From Takakia lepidozioides (lineage: Eukaryota; Plantae; Bryophyta), in the NCBI GenBank assembly GCA_030704615.1, contig CM060732.1, positions 64,170,001-64,234,000 of the forward strand: a stretch of 64,000 nt of DNA, written 5' to 3'. The position numbers were made by a program, and so were the translations under genes. Positions 9,860 through 22,600 of this stretch are shown here, piece by piece (the stretch's first letter is position 1; every line of letters begins with the position of its first letter). The notes beneath the pieces were generated by a model. The model did not search any database and had not been told where the DNA came from. It saw only the letters and a program-made list of their open reading frames with translations.

Positions 9860-12800
9860 TCCACCTGGAAGTGACATGGAAGGTCCATGGTGACATCGTG
9901 AAAGCTGGAATTGTAGGGTTTGTCGTTCTGAACACCGCCCTAGTGGACATGTATGCCAAATGCGGTCGCATTGAAGATGCGAAGGTAGTGTTCGACTGTG
10001 GTTCAACGAGATGTGGTGTCGTGGAGTGCGATGATTGCATTGGCAACAAGGCAAGGATGTATGCATGATTGTGTAGAGGCAGTGATAGCTGAAGGAGCAG
10101 GATAGAGTGTGGGTCCATATTCATCCAAGAGGGTCGGATTTCAAGCTCCAAATTACCTATGGATCCCTGTGAATGATAGCTACAAAAAACCTCCAGGGGT
10201 AGATGGTTAGCTGGAAGCGGCAGCTGTAGCGGCACAGTTGATAAAATCAGGCACCTCAACCATGACCACAACTTCTGGAAGAGGATCAAGCGAGGGAGTC
10301 CACAATGCCTCTTCTGGCACTTATGGGCATGTGAAGATGCTTTATGAGGCAGGCAGACTGAAAGAGGCTCTACAAACTTTAAACCAAAGAGGCATTTCAG
10401 CAGATGTAGATACGTATGTGTGTCTCTTGCATAAGTGCATCAAGATGAAAGGCCTAGAAGTTGGAAAGCAGGTGCACATTCACATTGTCCAAAGTGGATT
10501 CATGCCGAGCGTTTTTCTACTCAACAACCTTGTCAACATGTATGTTAAGGGGAGCATCATGGATGATCACCAAGTGTTCAACACAGAATGCCTCAACGAT
10601 CTTTGATCACGTGGAATATAATGTTGGCAGGATTACCAAGCATGGGCGTGGTACGAATGCTTTGGAGACCTGTGAGCAAATGATGCGCGAAGGGGTGGAG
10701 CCCAACCACATCGCGTTTGTATGTGTTTGAAATGCGTGTGCAAGCCTGGAAAAGGGGAACGAGGTCCATGGTGACATCGGTCAAAGCTGGAATTGCACCG
10801 GATGTCATTCTGAACACTGCCCTGACCTGGACATGTATGCCAAATGTGGATGCATTGGAGGATGCAAAGGGAGTTTTTGACACTATGGCTGAACGAGATG
10901 TGGTGTTGTGGAGTGCGATGCTTGCAGGGTATGCACAACAGGGACGTGGGATGGAGGCTTTGGAGACCTATGATCCAATAATGGGGGAGGGGGTGAAGCC
11001 CGACCACTTTGTGTGCATTTGCAATGTTTGTGCAAGCCTGGCAGCCCTGGACAAGGGTAAAGAGGTGCATGGGGTTATCATCAAAGCTGGAATTGTACCA
11101 AATGTCATTCTAAACACCTCTGGAAAAGGGGAAAGAGGTCCATGGCGACACCTTCAGAGCTGGAATGGTACCAAATGTCAGTATGAACCATACCCCGGTG
11201 GACATGTATGCGAAATGTGGGTGCATCGAGCCTGGACGAGGGCAAAGAGGTGCATGGGGTATCATCAAAGCTGGAATTGTACCAAATGTCATTATGAACA
11301 CTACTCTGGCAGCTCTGGAAAAGGGGAAAGAGGTCCATGGCGACATCTTCAGAGCTGGAATTGTACCAAATGTCATTCTGAACCATACCCTGGTGGACAT
11401 GTTTGCAAAATGTGGGTGCAAAGGGATCTAGGATCTAGGATGCAAAGGGAGTGTTCGACACTATGGCTGAACGAGATGTGGTGTCGTGAAGTGCAATGCT
11501 TGCAAGGTATGCACGGCAGGGACGTGGGATGGAGATTTTGGAGACCTATGAGCAAAGGATGGGGGAAACACATCATGTTTGTGTGCATTTGCAATGCTTG
11601 TGCAAGCCTGGCAGCCCTGGAGAAGGGCAAGAGGTGCATGGGGATATCATCAAAGCTAGAATTGTGCCAAATGTCAATCTGAACACTGCCCTAGCAGCTT
11701 TGGAAAAGGGGAAAGAGGTCCATGGCGACATCTTCAGAGCTGGAATTGTACCAGATGTCATTCTGAACAATACCCTAGTGAACATGTTTGCAAAATGTGG
11801 GTGCATCTAGGATGCAAAGGGAGTGTTCGACACTATGGCTGAACGAGATGTGGTATCGTGGAGTGCGATGCTTGCAGGGTATGCACGGCAAGGACATGGG
11901 ATGGAGGCTTTGGAGAGCTTTGAGCAAATGATGGGGGAATCACATCATGTTTGTGTGCATTTGCAATGCTTGTGCAAGCCTGGCAGCCGGCCTGGAGAAG
12001 GGCAAGAGATGCATGGGGATATCATCAAAGCTGGAATTGTGCCAAATGTCAATCTAAACACTGCCCTGGCAGCTTTGGAAAAGGGGAAAGAGGTCCATGG
12101 TGACATCTTCAGAGTTGGAATTGTACCAGATGTCATTCTGAACAAAACCCTGGTGAACATGTTTGCAAAATGTGGGTGCATCTAGGATGCAAAGGGAGTG
12201 TTCGACACTATGGCTGAACGAGATGTGGTGTGCATTTGCAATGTGCGTGCAAGCCTGGCAGCCCTGGAGAAGGGCAAGAGATGCATGAGGATATCATCAA
12301 AGCTGGAATTGTGCCAAATGTCAATCTGAACACTGCCCTTGCAGCTTTGGAAATGGAGAAAGATGTGCATGGCGACATCTTCAGAGCTGGAATTGTACTA
12401 GATGACATTCTGAACAATACCCTGGTGAACATGTTTGCAAAATGTGGGTGCATCTAGGATTCAAAGGGAGTGTTTGACACTATGGCTGAACGACATGTGG
12501 TGTCGTGGAGTGCGATATGATGTGCTTGCAGGGTATGCACAGCAGGGATGTGGAATGGAGGCTTTGGAGACCTATGAGCAATGGAAGCACATCATGTTTG
12601 TGTGCATTTGCAATGCTTGTGCAAGCCTAGCAGCCGACCTGGAGATGGGCAAAGAGGTGCATGGGGATATCATCAAAGCTGGAATTGTACCAAATGTCAA
12701 TCTGAACACTGCCCCGGCAGCTTTGGAAAAGGGGAAAGAGGTCCACATGGTGACATCTTCAGAGCTGGAATTGTACCAAGGTGAATGCCTGTTAGATTAC

Positions 12801-15800
12801 CAGATGCAAAGAGGTGCATGGTTGCATCGCCAAAGGCAGCAGCTGCAGCGGCACAGTTGATAAAGTCAGGCACCTCAACCATGACCACAACTTCTGGAAG
12901 AGGATCAAGAGAGGGAGTCCACAATGCCTCTTCTGGCACTTAGGCATGTGAAGATGCTTTGGCAGGTAGACTGAAAGAGGCTCTACTGACTTTAAACCAA
13001 GGAGGCATTTCAGCAGATTCAGATACGTATGTCTGTCTCTTGCATAAGTGCATCAAGATGAAAGGCCAAGTGAAGCTAGAAAGCAGGTGCACACTCACAT
13101 TATCCAAAGTGCACGCCAGATATTTTTCTACTCAACACCCTTGTCAACATATATGTTATGTGCGGGAGCATCATGGATGCTCACCAAGTGTTCAACAGAA
13201 TGCCTCAACGATATTTCATCACATGGAACACGATGCTTGCAGGGTGTGCACAACAGGGGCGTGGTATGGAGGCCTTGGAGAATGTGGTGAGGGCACCTTC
13301 TTCTTCGACCTATTTCAGCCTGTTTTTCCCTCTCATCAGACTCGGCCCTGAATTTACATATTGAATCGTCAAGGACAATGTGGTGAGGGCACCTTCTTCT
13401 TCGACCTATTTTAGCCTGTTTTGCCCTCTCATCAGACTCGGCCCTGAGATGTATATTGAATTCTGTAAGTTTTGGGTGGATCTGTGGTGGTTTGGAATGA
13501 CTATGACAAGTAACTGCCGATGTGGCAGCATGAAAGTATCCAAAACAGATAACAGAGATGAGGAGTAGGTGTGGAATGAATACTTTGTTGACCCCAGTGA
13601 ACGGTGGAACAACCGAGGCAAAAAGTTGAATGCCTATTAGATGACAGAGAGTAGCAGACGTAATTCAGCATAGGAACTAGTGTGATTGGGTGTTTCCTAG
13701 GTTGTCATTGTCAGCTGCTAGCAGCAAGGGCAAAGATGAATGCGTGATTTGTGCAGAGGCATGGATAGCTGAAGGAGAAGGGATAGAGTGTGGGTCCAGA
13801 TTCATCCAAGAGGGCCGGACTTCAAGCTCTAGATTACCTGTGATTCCATGTGGATCAATAGCTACAAGAAACCTAAATGGGTACATGGTCAACTAAAGGC
13901 AATAGCTGCAGCGGCACAGTTGATAAAATCAGGCACGTCCTTAACCATGACCGCAGCTTCTGAAAGAGGATCAAGAGAGGGCACAATGCCTTTTCTGCGG
14001 GGCATGTGAAGATGCTTTGTGAGGCAGGCAGACTGACAAAGGCTCTAGGTCTGGAAGCTGGAATCAGATGCACACTCACATTATCCAAAGTGGATTCATG
14101 CCAAATGTTTTTTCTACTCAACACCCTTGTCAACATGTATGTTAAGTGCGGGAGCATCATGGATGCTTGCCAAGATTTCTACAGAATGCCTCAGCGATCT
14201 TTGATCATGTGGAATATAATGTTGGTAGGATTTACCAAACATGGGTGTGGTAGGAATGCTTTGGCGACCTATGAGCAAATGTTGCGCAAAGGGGTGAAGC
14301 CCAACCACATCACGCTTCCGCATGTTTGCAATGCGTGTGCAAGCCTGGGACCTCTGGAAAAGGGGAAAGAGGTCCATGGTGACATCATCAAAGCTAGAAT
14401 TGTACCAGATGTCATCTTGAACACTCCCCTGGTCGACGTCTATGCCAAATGTGGGTGCATTAAGGATGCGAAGGGAGTTTTCAACACTATGGCTGAACCA
14501 AATGTGGTGTCATGGAACGCGATGCTTGCAGGGTATGCACAGCAGGGACATGGTATGCAGGCTTTGGAGACCTATGATCAAATGATGGGGGAAGGGGGGG
14601 CACCTTCTTCAATAGCACAACGGCTACAAGTGGGTAGATGGTCAACTGGAAACAGCAATGGCAGCAGCACAATTGATAGAACAAGGCCCACTGCTAATGA
14701 AGGTACCTTCTTCAACATATTTCACCTTGTTTTCCCCTGCTGTCAGAGTCGTCCCTAAATTTTCATGTTGAATTCTACAAGTTAGCTCATTGGTGGATCT
14801 ATTGTGGTGTTGGAGTGATTTTGACATGTTACTGCCAATGTGGTTGACAGGAAAGTATCGAAAAACAGATAATAGAGATGTGGAGAAGCTCTGGAATGAA
14901 TACGGTTCTGACCCTAGTCAATGGTGGAACAATCCAGGCAAAAAGGTGAATGCCTGTTGGAAACAGATGCAAGTCAGCATAGGAACTAGTGTGATAAGTA
15001 GGGTTGGGGTGTTTGCTGGAACAATTCTAGAGTGTTATTGTCAGCTGCTAGCATCAAGGCAAGGATGTATGCATGATCTGTTCAGAGGCATGGATGGCTG
15101 ACGGAGTAGGGAGCAGTGTGGGTCTAGATTCATCCAAGAGGGCCGGATTTCAAGCTCCAGATCGCCTACAATTCCCTGTGGAAGCAGCACACACCTCGCA
15201 CACACAAGAGGTCCTCTTGGGTGCATGGTCAGTCAAATCCTCCATGGGTCATGACACAAGGTCGAGGACAATGTGGTGAGGGCACCTTCTTCTTCGACCT
15301 ATTTCAGCCTATTTTTCCCTCTCATCAGACCCAGCCCTGAATTTGCATATTGAATGCTGTAAGTTAGCTCATTGGGTGGATGTGGGGTGGTTTGGAGTGA
15401 CTTTGACAAGTTACTGCTGATGTGGCAGCAGGAAAATACCCAAAAATAGATAACAAGATGAAGAGAAGCTTTGGGATGAACACTTTCCGACCCCATTCAG
15501 TGGGGGGACAATGGAGAGAAAAAGGTGAGTGCTTGTTCGACTGCAGAGAGAAGCAGTTGCAATTCAAAATTGGAACTACTGTTAAGTCCTAGGTTGGGGT
15601 ATTTTTCTGGAAGAACTTCACGCCGTCATTGTCAGCTGCTAGCAGCAAGGTTGAGGGATGTATTCATGATCTGTACACGGGCAGGGATAGCTGAGGGACC
15701 AGGGATAGAGGTCCATATTCATGTTCAGGTGCAGGCTGAGGGATCAATAGCTAAAAGAAATCAGCTGCAGTAGATGGTCAATTGTTGCAAGTGCAAACAG

Positions 15801-16140
15801 TAGCGGTAGCACAATTGATAGAATGAGGTGTTGCACCTTCCTCAACACATTTCAGCCTGTTTTTCCAAATAGGGTTGGGGTGTAAGAACAAATCTAGGCT
15901 GTCATCATCAGCTGCTAGCAGCAAGACAATGATATATGCATGATTTGTGCTGAGGCATAGATAGTTGAAGGAGCAGGGATAGAGTGTGGGTGCAGATTCA
16001 CCCAAGAGGGCCGGGTTTCAAGCTCCAGATTGACGCTATAGCTACAACAAACCTGCAGATGGTCAACTGGCAGCAGCGGCACAATTTATAAAATCAGACA
16101 CTGCTAATGAAGGCATCTTATTCAACACATTTCACCTATT
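9860..16140 (+). pseudogene. Tandem array of decayed PLS-class PPR repeats interleaved with OSB-type PDF-motif exons
   Basis: Repeated ALEKGKEVHGDI.KAGIVPNV.LNTLV.MYAKCG.I.DAKGVFDTMAERDVVSW..MLAGYAQQG units with many stops and frameshifts. The block 10215-10600 recurs at ~12830-13240 and ~13900-14250. PDF exons at 10119, 13550, 13800, 14860, 15128, 15450 and 15996. Confidence 0.88.
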
Positions 16141-16599
16141 TTGTTTGGGTTTGAAACTTTGCATGCGTGTACGTTGCGCACAAACATGTAATTATTGAAT
16201 GACATATTTGATGAAGGTTGTTGTTTGCATTTCGCTTATAATGAGTTGTATGGTTGCAAGGACACATTATAATATATGTCCCTATGTTCATTTGTTCGTA
16301 TTAGGACTTTGTCCATCATTTCCCGGTCCTTTCTCTTGGCACCCCATCCGAAAACAACCCAAGTACTTCAGGCGGGAATCGTGGGCAAGACGCCGCCCCC
16401 ACGGTACCGGATGATGATGATGATGACAGTGACAGTGATAGTGACAGCAACAATGAGCATGGAATTAACCAGGAGGATGTGCAAGCCATGGAGGATCTCT
16501 TAATGCATCATGTGGGCGCTGATGCATCCTATGAAGAGGGAACCCGACCAATCGATGATCCTGAAATGGCCCCTTCAAATGACATGGAGAGGGAGGCGA

Positions 16600-17905
16600 G
16601 AACCCCTTGTACGAAGGAGCGAAAATGAGTCGACTTTCAACAATCTTACTTTTGCTCAATCTTCAAATTGGATTTGGTATAAGTAATGTTGGGATGTCTG
16701 CCATAATGCGAACTATTGCAGACTATATCCTTGCTCCACACTTGAAACCCAAGATGCCACGGTCGCGGAAAGAGGCCCGCAAAGTCTTGGACTCTGTGGG
16801 GATGGGCTATAAGATTTTTCATGCATGTCCATGTGATAAAACCCTATACTACGGAGAGGATTCGCGTCTCACCAAGTGCCCAGAGTGCAAGAAAGACCGA
16901 TATTGGGATGATGTCCAAGGGAAAAAAGTACCACGCAAGGTATGAGCGTCATTCCCCCTCGCATGGAGATTACTTTCTTTAATCTTCTCAATGCATGTAA
17001 AGTGTATTCCACAAAGTTTAGGGTTTAGAGAGTAGTACTCATGCAAGATCTGATTGTGGTTTTGGAAGGAGTGAGGGAGGAGTGGAAGGAGCGACGTTTG
17101 GTTTTGACCATTCACGCCCAAATGAGGGAGAGGTTGCATAAAGGGAAAGACATAAGGGTGTTGTATTATGTGTGCTAATGGGATCATGATTACATGTGGG
17201 GGGCGTGGGGTATTTCATCCTAGAAAATGCATTACTTTCCGATCATCCCGCGATTGAGGGCACAGTACCGAAGCCCCGAATTGGCCAGACTCATGAGATG
17301 ACATGTCTCGCATCGGAGCCCCCCGGGATAGGTGTGCGGGCCACAAGATTCACAAGCATGGAGGCATATTGAAGAGATGTGGCCTTTTCTTTTGGAGGAC
17401 CCACGACATGTCCACCTCGGCTTCTCCTCGGATGGGGTCAACCAATTATCTGTCCAGTCATGTAGTCATTCCACTTGACCGGTGACCATGGTGAATTACA
17501 ACATCCCTCCGTATCTTTCAATTAAAAAAGACCATATCATGTTGGCTGCCATTGTGTCAGGTGAGTGTACTCATTTCATGTTTATTATTGCCTTGGACTT
17601 TACATTAAACTTCTGATTTCTGACGCAATTTGGATGCAAGATTGATGAGTGACATAATCATGGAGTAACACGTGTAATTCATTTTGTAGTATAATTTGCA
17701 TATTGGTGGAGCATTGAAATAATGATGTGAATGTCTTATATGGAAAAAACAAGTGGCAAACATGGACACGTACTTGCAACCTCTTGTTGATGAACTTAAG
17801 GAGCTATGGAGGGGGGTCCCGGCATTGGATGCTTCACTTGACCCTATGGCCGGGCAATCTTTTCAGATGAGAGACATCTTGCTTTGGACAATGCATGATT
17901 ATCCA
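16600..17905 (+). pseudogene. CACTA transposase (Transposase_21-type) 5' exons
   Basis: ORF 16607-16945, exon ~17230-17560 (YFPIIPRL..DSQAWRHI..NYNIPP) with in-frame stops, and exon ~17740-17905; GT donors after ...RK, ...VSG and ...DYPG. Confidence 0.8.
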
Positions 17906-17920
17906 GGTATATTATGTTCC

Positions 17921-19018
17921 TGTTAGAGGACTGTAGGGGACTTAGACACTTATACGGGATCTGTAGGGTACCCTTAATTTTTGCACAGACTGAGACAAAC
18001 AGGAACCTTAGGGGTGACAGCAGCGCACTGTAGAGGGGGGTTACATAGCCCACACAGCCGACACAGCAGTCACAGCCCACACAGCCAACACAGCCCGTCA
18101 CAGTCGTCACAGCCCACACAGCCCACACAGCCGTCACAGCCCACACAGCCCACACAGCCTGTCACAGTCGTCACAGCCCACACAGCCCACACAGCCCGTC
18201 ACAGTCGTCACAGCCCACACAACCCACACAGCCGTCACAGCCCGTCACAGTCGTCACAGCCCACACAGCCCACACAGCCCGTCACAGTCGTCACAGCAGA
18301 CACAGCCCACACAGCCAGTCACAGCCCGGCACAGCCACACAGCCAGTCACAGCCTGACACAGCCAAACACAGCCAGTCACCGCTTGACACAGCTGTCACG
18401 ATAATAGGGAACGAAGAGTAGGACAGGGAACGACTGTGGGGAACAACACCTGTGAAGGGAACATGTTAATTCACATACGACGGTTAGAGAGGGAAACGGT
18501 TAGAACCGCGGATAGGAGGATAAAGGGAGAAACGGGGAATGAAGAAGGGATTATGATTCGGGGGAGGAGGATTTCGGAGAGAGACGGGAGCGGAAGTCGG
18601 TGAGCACGATGAAGGAGGAAAGAGGATTAGTAGATGCTTGTTATATGCAAAGCTGTAGGGATATTGTAGAGGAGAATAGAGACACAATGGCTTCGGCCTG
18701 ATACCTGATAAATCATAATCTGATACTTATACGATACAATCACAATGTGTAGAGAGATCTGAGTGAAGCTGTGGATTGAATGGAGGAGTGAAGGAAACCG
18801 ATAAATTGATGAAGCAAACTGATACTTAATTATCAATGGTAAGGTAGCTAAGATGAATGCGGAAAAGGAAACAAATAGGAAACACCCCCATGATACACTA
18901 GCTGTAGGTCATGACTGATTGTTCTGCGCGGGCTGAGTACTTAGAGATTTCCAACTCTTCTATCTTGGAGTTTCCGCCTCGGATAGCGAAGGGATGGGTG
19001 AGTAAAAGCCGCGCGACA
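17921..19018 (+). repeat. 5' LTR (1098 bp)
   Basis: TGTTAG...GCGACA; by eye identical to the 3' LTR apart from the internal repeat array and a 1-bp indel. Confidence 0.97.
18047..18400. repeat. LTR-internal tandem array of 9-10 bp CACAGCC(CA/GT) units (shorter copy at 30383-30663)
   Basis: Seen directly. Confidence 0.92.
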
Positions 19019-19606
19019 TTTGGCGACCATACTGGGGACCTGGGACATGAACAACCAGATGTGACAGGCATTTGGTGGGATCATGGTGGTTGGACCATTA
19101 AAGAATTTGAAGTGAATCAAATTCCCTGTGGAACGAAGGAAGAAAGATTGTCCAAACAATTCTTTCAAAGGTTCTTGGAATTGCCAGACGGATGTAAAGA
19201 AAATATTCTTAAACGAGTGCATGATGCTGATCCAGAATGGGGTCTGGAGAAAGGAGTGATAAAGATTTATCAGGTAGCCTGTAGAGGAAGAGCACGTTGG
19301 TTACCAACATTAGTTTATGTGATAGCGTTGCTATCCATTAAACGAGTAGAGTTTGAAGGCTGGGAAGAAAGAAAGGTGAATGTTTATACTCATATGCATG
19401 AAGAGCTTGTACTGGTAAAGAATTGGATTCCAAAGGATATTTTGTGGATCAAACTCACACCAAGAACAGTTTTTCAGACTTGTTTGCCATATGGTTATAT
19501 GGTAACGGAGACTTCAAGTATAGCCAAGGGTGCATTGAAGCTTGAAAGAAATCCAGGCATATACGAGAGATATTACAGAAGAGAGTTTTGGTTATTGCCA
19601 CATTAA
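18911..19606 (+). CDS. 231-aa extra ORF upstream of gag (starts in the LTR, crosses the PBS); unknown function
   Basis: Open frame ending 21 nt before the gag ATG; no domain recognised. Confidence 0.5.
   Translation: MTDCSARAEYLEISNSSILEFPPRIAKGWVSKSRATFGDHTGDLGHEQPDVTGIWWDHGGWTIKEFEVNQIPCGTKEERLSKQFFQRFLELPDGCKENILKRVHDADPEWGLEKGVIKIYQVACRGRARWLPTLVYVIALLSIKRVEFEGWEERKVNVYTHMHEELVLVKNWIPKDILWIKLTPRTVFQTCLPYGYMVTETSSIAKGALKLERNPGIYERYYRREFWLLPH
19021..19038 (+). promoter_or_regulatory. Primer binding site, probably tRNA-Arg(ACG)
   Basis: TGGCGACCATACTGGGGA, 2 nt after the 5' LTR; resembles the plant tRNA-Arg PBS TGGCGACTCCACTGGGGA. Confidence 0.8.
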
Positions 19607-19627
19607 AAGAAATGAAAGACATGGGAC

Positions 19628-22600
19628 ATGAGTGATGAAAGAGAAGCTAGACGACAAAGATATTCATCAAAAAGAGAAAGCTATCTGAAAGCTAATTATC
19701 CATATCTTTGGGAGAGAGGAATAGACATAGGGGAATCATCTAGACCTCTCACACCATCAAGATCAAAAAGTGCATCACCTATACCGGAAGAACTAGAGTT
19801 GGATGCCACTCCTTCTGTTTCTTTGCAAGAAAGATTAAGGGAATTGGTACAGGAAGAAGATCAATCACGAGGTGAAAGATCTGAGGTACATCCTTGGATA
19901 AAAGACTTGACAGAAATCTTTGATAAGAGTTGGCATGGAACACCAAAAGCAGGAACTCCAGTTTCTGAAGCAGAAGATGAAGAAGGAGATGAGGATGTGG
20001 CAGAGCCAACGGAGAGTTCAGACTCTCCAACACCATTACAGTTGAGTTACATGAGTGAAGAAGAAACCCAAGGGCAGAACTTGGAGGATGAAAACAGAGA
20101 GAAGAAATTAGAAGAGGAAGAATATGAAGAAGTAGACCCAACAGCTGAGGTTGAGACTACAACCAGGACATCCCAACCCGTTGGACCTGGATCAAGTGGA
20201 GCACTTGGATCACAGGCCAACGAAGGTGTCGGCTCAGGGGGATCAGGCGGGCTGCCTGGATCTGGCTCTGGGGGGACAGGGAGTGTGGGAAGTAGTGCAA
20301 CTGAAGCTGGGAATACTGTGAATATCGTGGGACCAGAAGCAAGGAGTGTTCAAGGGCCACCACTTGGTGGAAGATCCACCACAAAAACAACAGGTCCAGA
20401 AGGACCAGCACCAGCAAGGGTGCCAGCACCTGTCAGTGGGCAGAAGGTAGGGCCACAGATGGCGTTACAACCAACACGGGCAAAACCACCCTTTCCAATA
20501 TATTCAGGAAAAGGGGATCCCGATGTACACATTAGCCAATTTGAGCACATGTGTATAGTGAACAATGAGAATGGCGATGATGCCAAGATGAGACTGTTTC
20601 CTTGTTCACTTATCAAGAAAGCAAGTGAATGGTATGCAAGATTCCCTGATAATCATTTCCTAACCTGGAATGGCTTGAATACAGCATTTCGAAATAGGTT
20701 CAGGACAAGTAAAACTGAGGATGAAGTGTATGGAAGTTTACAACAGCTGAAGCAGAAGAAGCATGAAACTGTTGAAGAGTATATGGAGAAGATGGAATTG
20801 ATGATGAAAAAGCTGGCTGCAGTACCAGCACCCGGTTTACAGAAGACTTGGTTTGTGAGTGGACTAAGACCAGAGTTGCAGAAGAAAGTGGATATGTTAC
20901 CCCATAATACAGTGGAGGAGGCATTTGAAACTGCAAATAGAATTGAGCAATTGGGAATGCTCAGGAGAGAGAAAAAGGAAGATGAGGACTCTGAAGATGA
21001 GTCAGATGAAGAAGAAGAGCAAGAACTAAAAAGAAAGAGTAAGAGAAAGGAAAAGTTGAAGAGGGATAACTATGAGAAAAGATTGGAAGAAATCTTGAAG
21101 AAGTATGCCACAGAGGCTGCAACACATTGGAGGAAGGGTGTATGGTGTGCAAAGTGCCAGAATGAAGGCCATACCACTACAGAATGCCACATGAAGGAGA
21201 AACACTGTACTATCTGTAAAATGGATAACCATTCTACTGAGAATTGTTACTACAACAGAAGGACAGCTGCAAGAGAACCTAGGCAAGTGAGGGTGCATCA
21301 GGTGCAGCCCCAGCCAAGAAGAAGCAATGATCAGGACCACTATGGTAGGTCTGGTGGTTATAACAATGGCATGGAAGGGAGAGGTAATTCAAGAGGGAAT
21401 TACCAAGGAAATTCCAGAGGCAACTATCAGGGTAATCCAAGGGGGAATTACCAGCCCGGGAATCAGGATTATAGAAATAATCCAAGAACAGACCAAGGGC
21501 GAGGACCCAATGGTGAAGAGTTATGTTACTATTGTAATCAGCCAGGACATCGCAAGGCAGCCTGTTCATTCTGGATAAGACACCAGAATGAGATGAGAGC
21601 TCCTGTGAATGAGGGCCCAGTGGTGGCAGCTCACATGGTTAGGCCATGTGTTGTACCAGAAGTAAGTACAATGATAGTAACAAGAAGTAAAGCCAAACTA
21701 ATACCTCCAGTAGAAGAGGAAGAAGATGAGACTGGAAGTGGCAATGATATGCCTGAAGATGAAGAGACTTGGAAAGATGAGAAGGAACTGCACAAGGAAG
21801 TGGCAGATACTATAAGGGAAATGCAAAAGAGTACGGATATTCCTGTGGCAGATTCCTCTGATTCGGATGGAGAAAAAGAGGGGAGTGAGGAAGAAAGGAA
21901 AAAAGAAGATGCAGACATGCAAAGTAATGAAGAGACTTTGGCTGAAGTAATATGTCAGACCAAAGCAGAAATTACCATTGGACAGCTATTAGCTGTGGCA
22001 CCTTATTGTAGGCACAGGCTGTATCAGGCAATCAATCGAATTGCCCAAGAGACAGGAAACACAGACCTGAACAGCAAGGTGACCAGTTATAATGTGAAGC
22101 CGGAAGGGCGAGAACCAGTCATGGACTTTGATGATTCTATGCCAGTAATCCAATTGAGAATTGGAAGCACAGAACTAACTGATGTACTGATAGATGGTGG
22201 TTCTGGAGTAAATATCATGACAGACCAATTAAGGAAGAAGCTTGGTCTAAGTAACATGAAACCAGCCCCATTTACAGTAACAATGGCAGATCAAAGAAGT
22301 GTACAGCCATTGGGATTAATAAGAGGAGTTAAGATACAGATACAGAAAATGATCTTTATGATCACAGTAACTGTATTAAAAATGGATGAAGTCATGGAGG
22401 CTTACTCCTTATTATTGGGACGTCCGTGGCTGAAACAGGCCAGGGTATTCCATGACTGGAATTCTCAGTTACTAACTGTGCATAATGGGATGCACGAGAT
22501 ACAAATTACCACAAAGAAATCTAGTAGATTACCTGCTACAAGAAGACCTCGAGGAGTCAGAGAGTATGACTGGAGGGGAGGACTGGATGAGGAGCAGGAA

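Noticed and set aside
18047-18400. CRISPR-like or satellite array
   Set aside because: Units are 9-10 bp with no unique spacers and lie inside both LTRs; the context is eukaryotic with no cas genes.
17844-18421. His/Ser/Thr-rich ORFs (also 30201-30667)
   Set aside because: Translations of the LTR tandem repeat.
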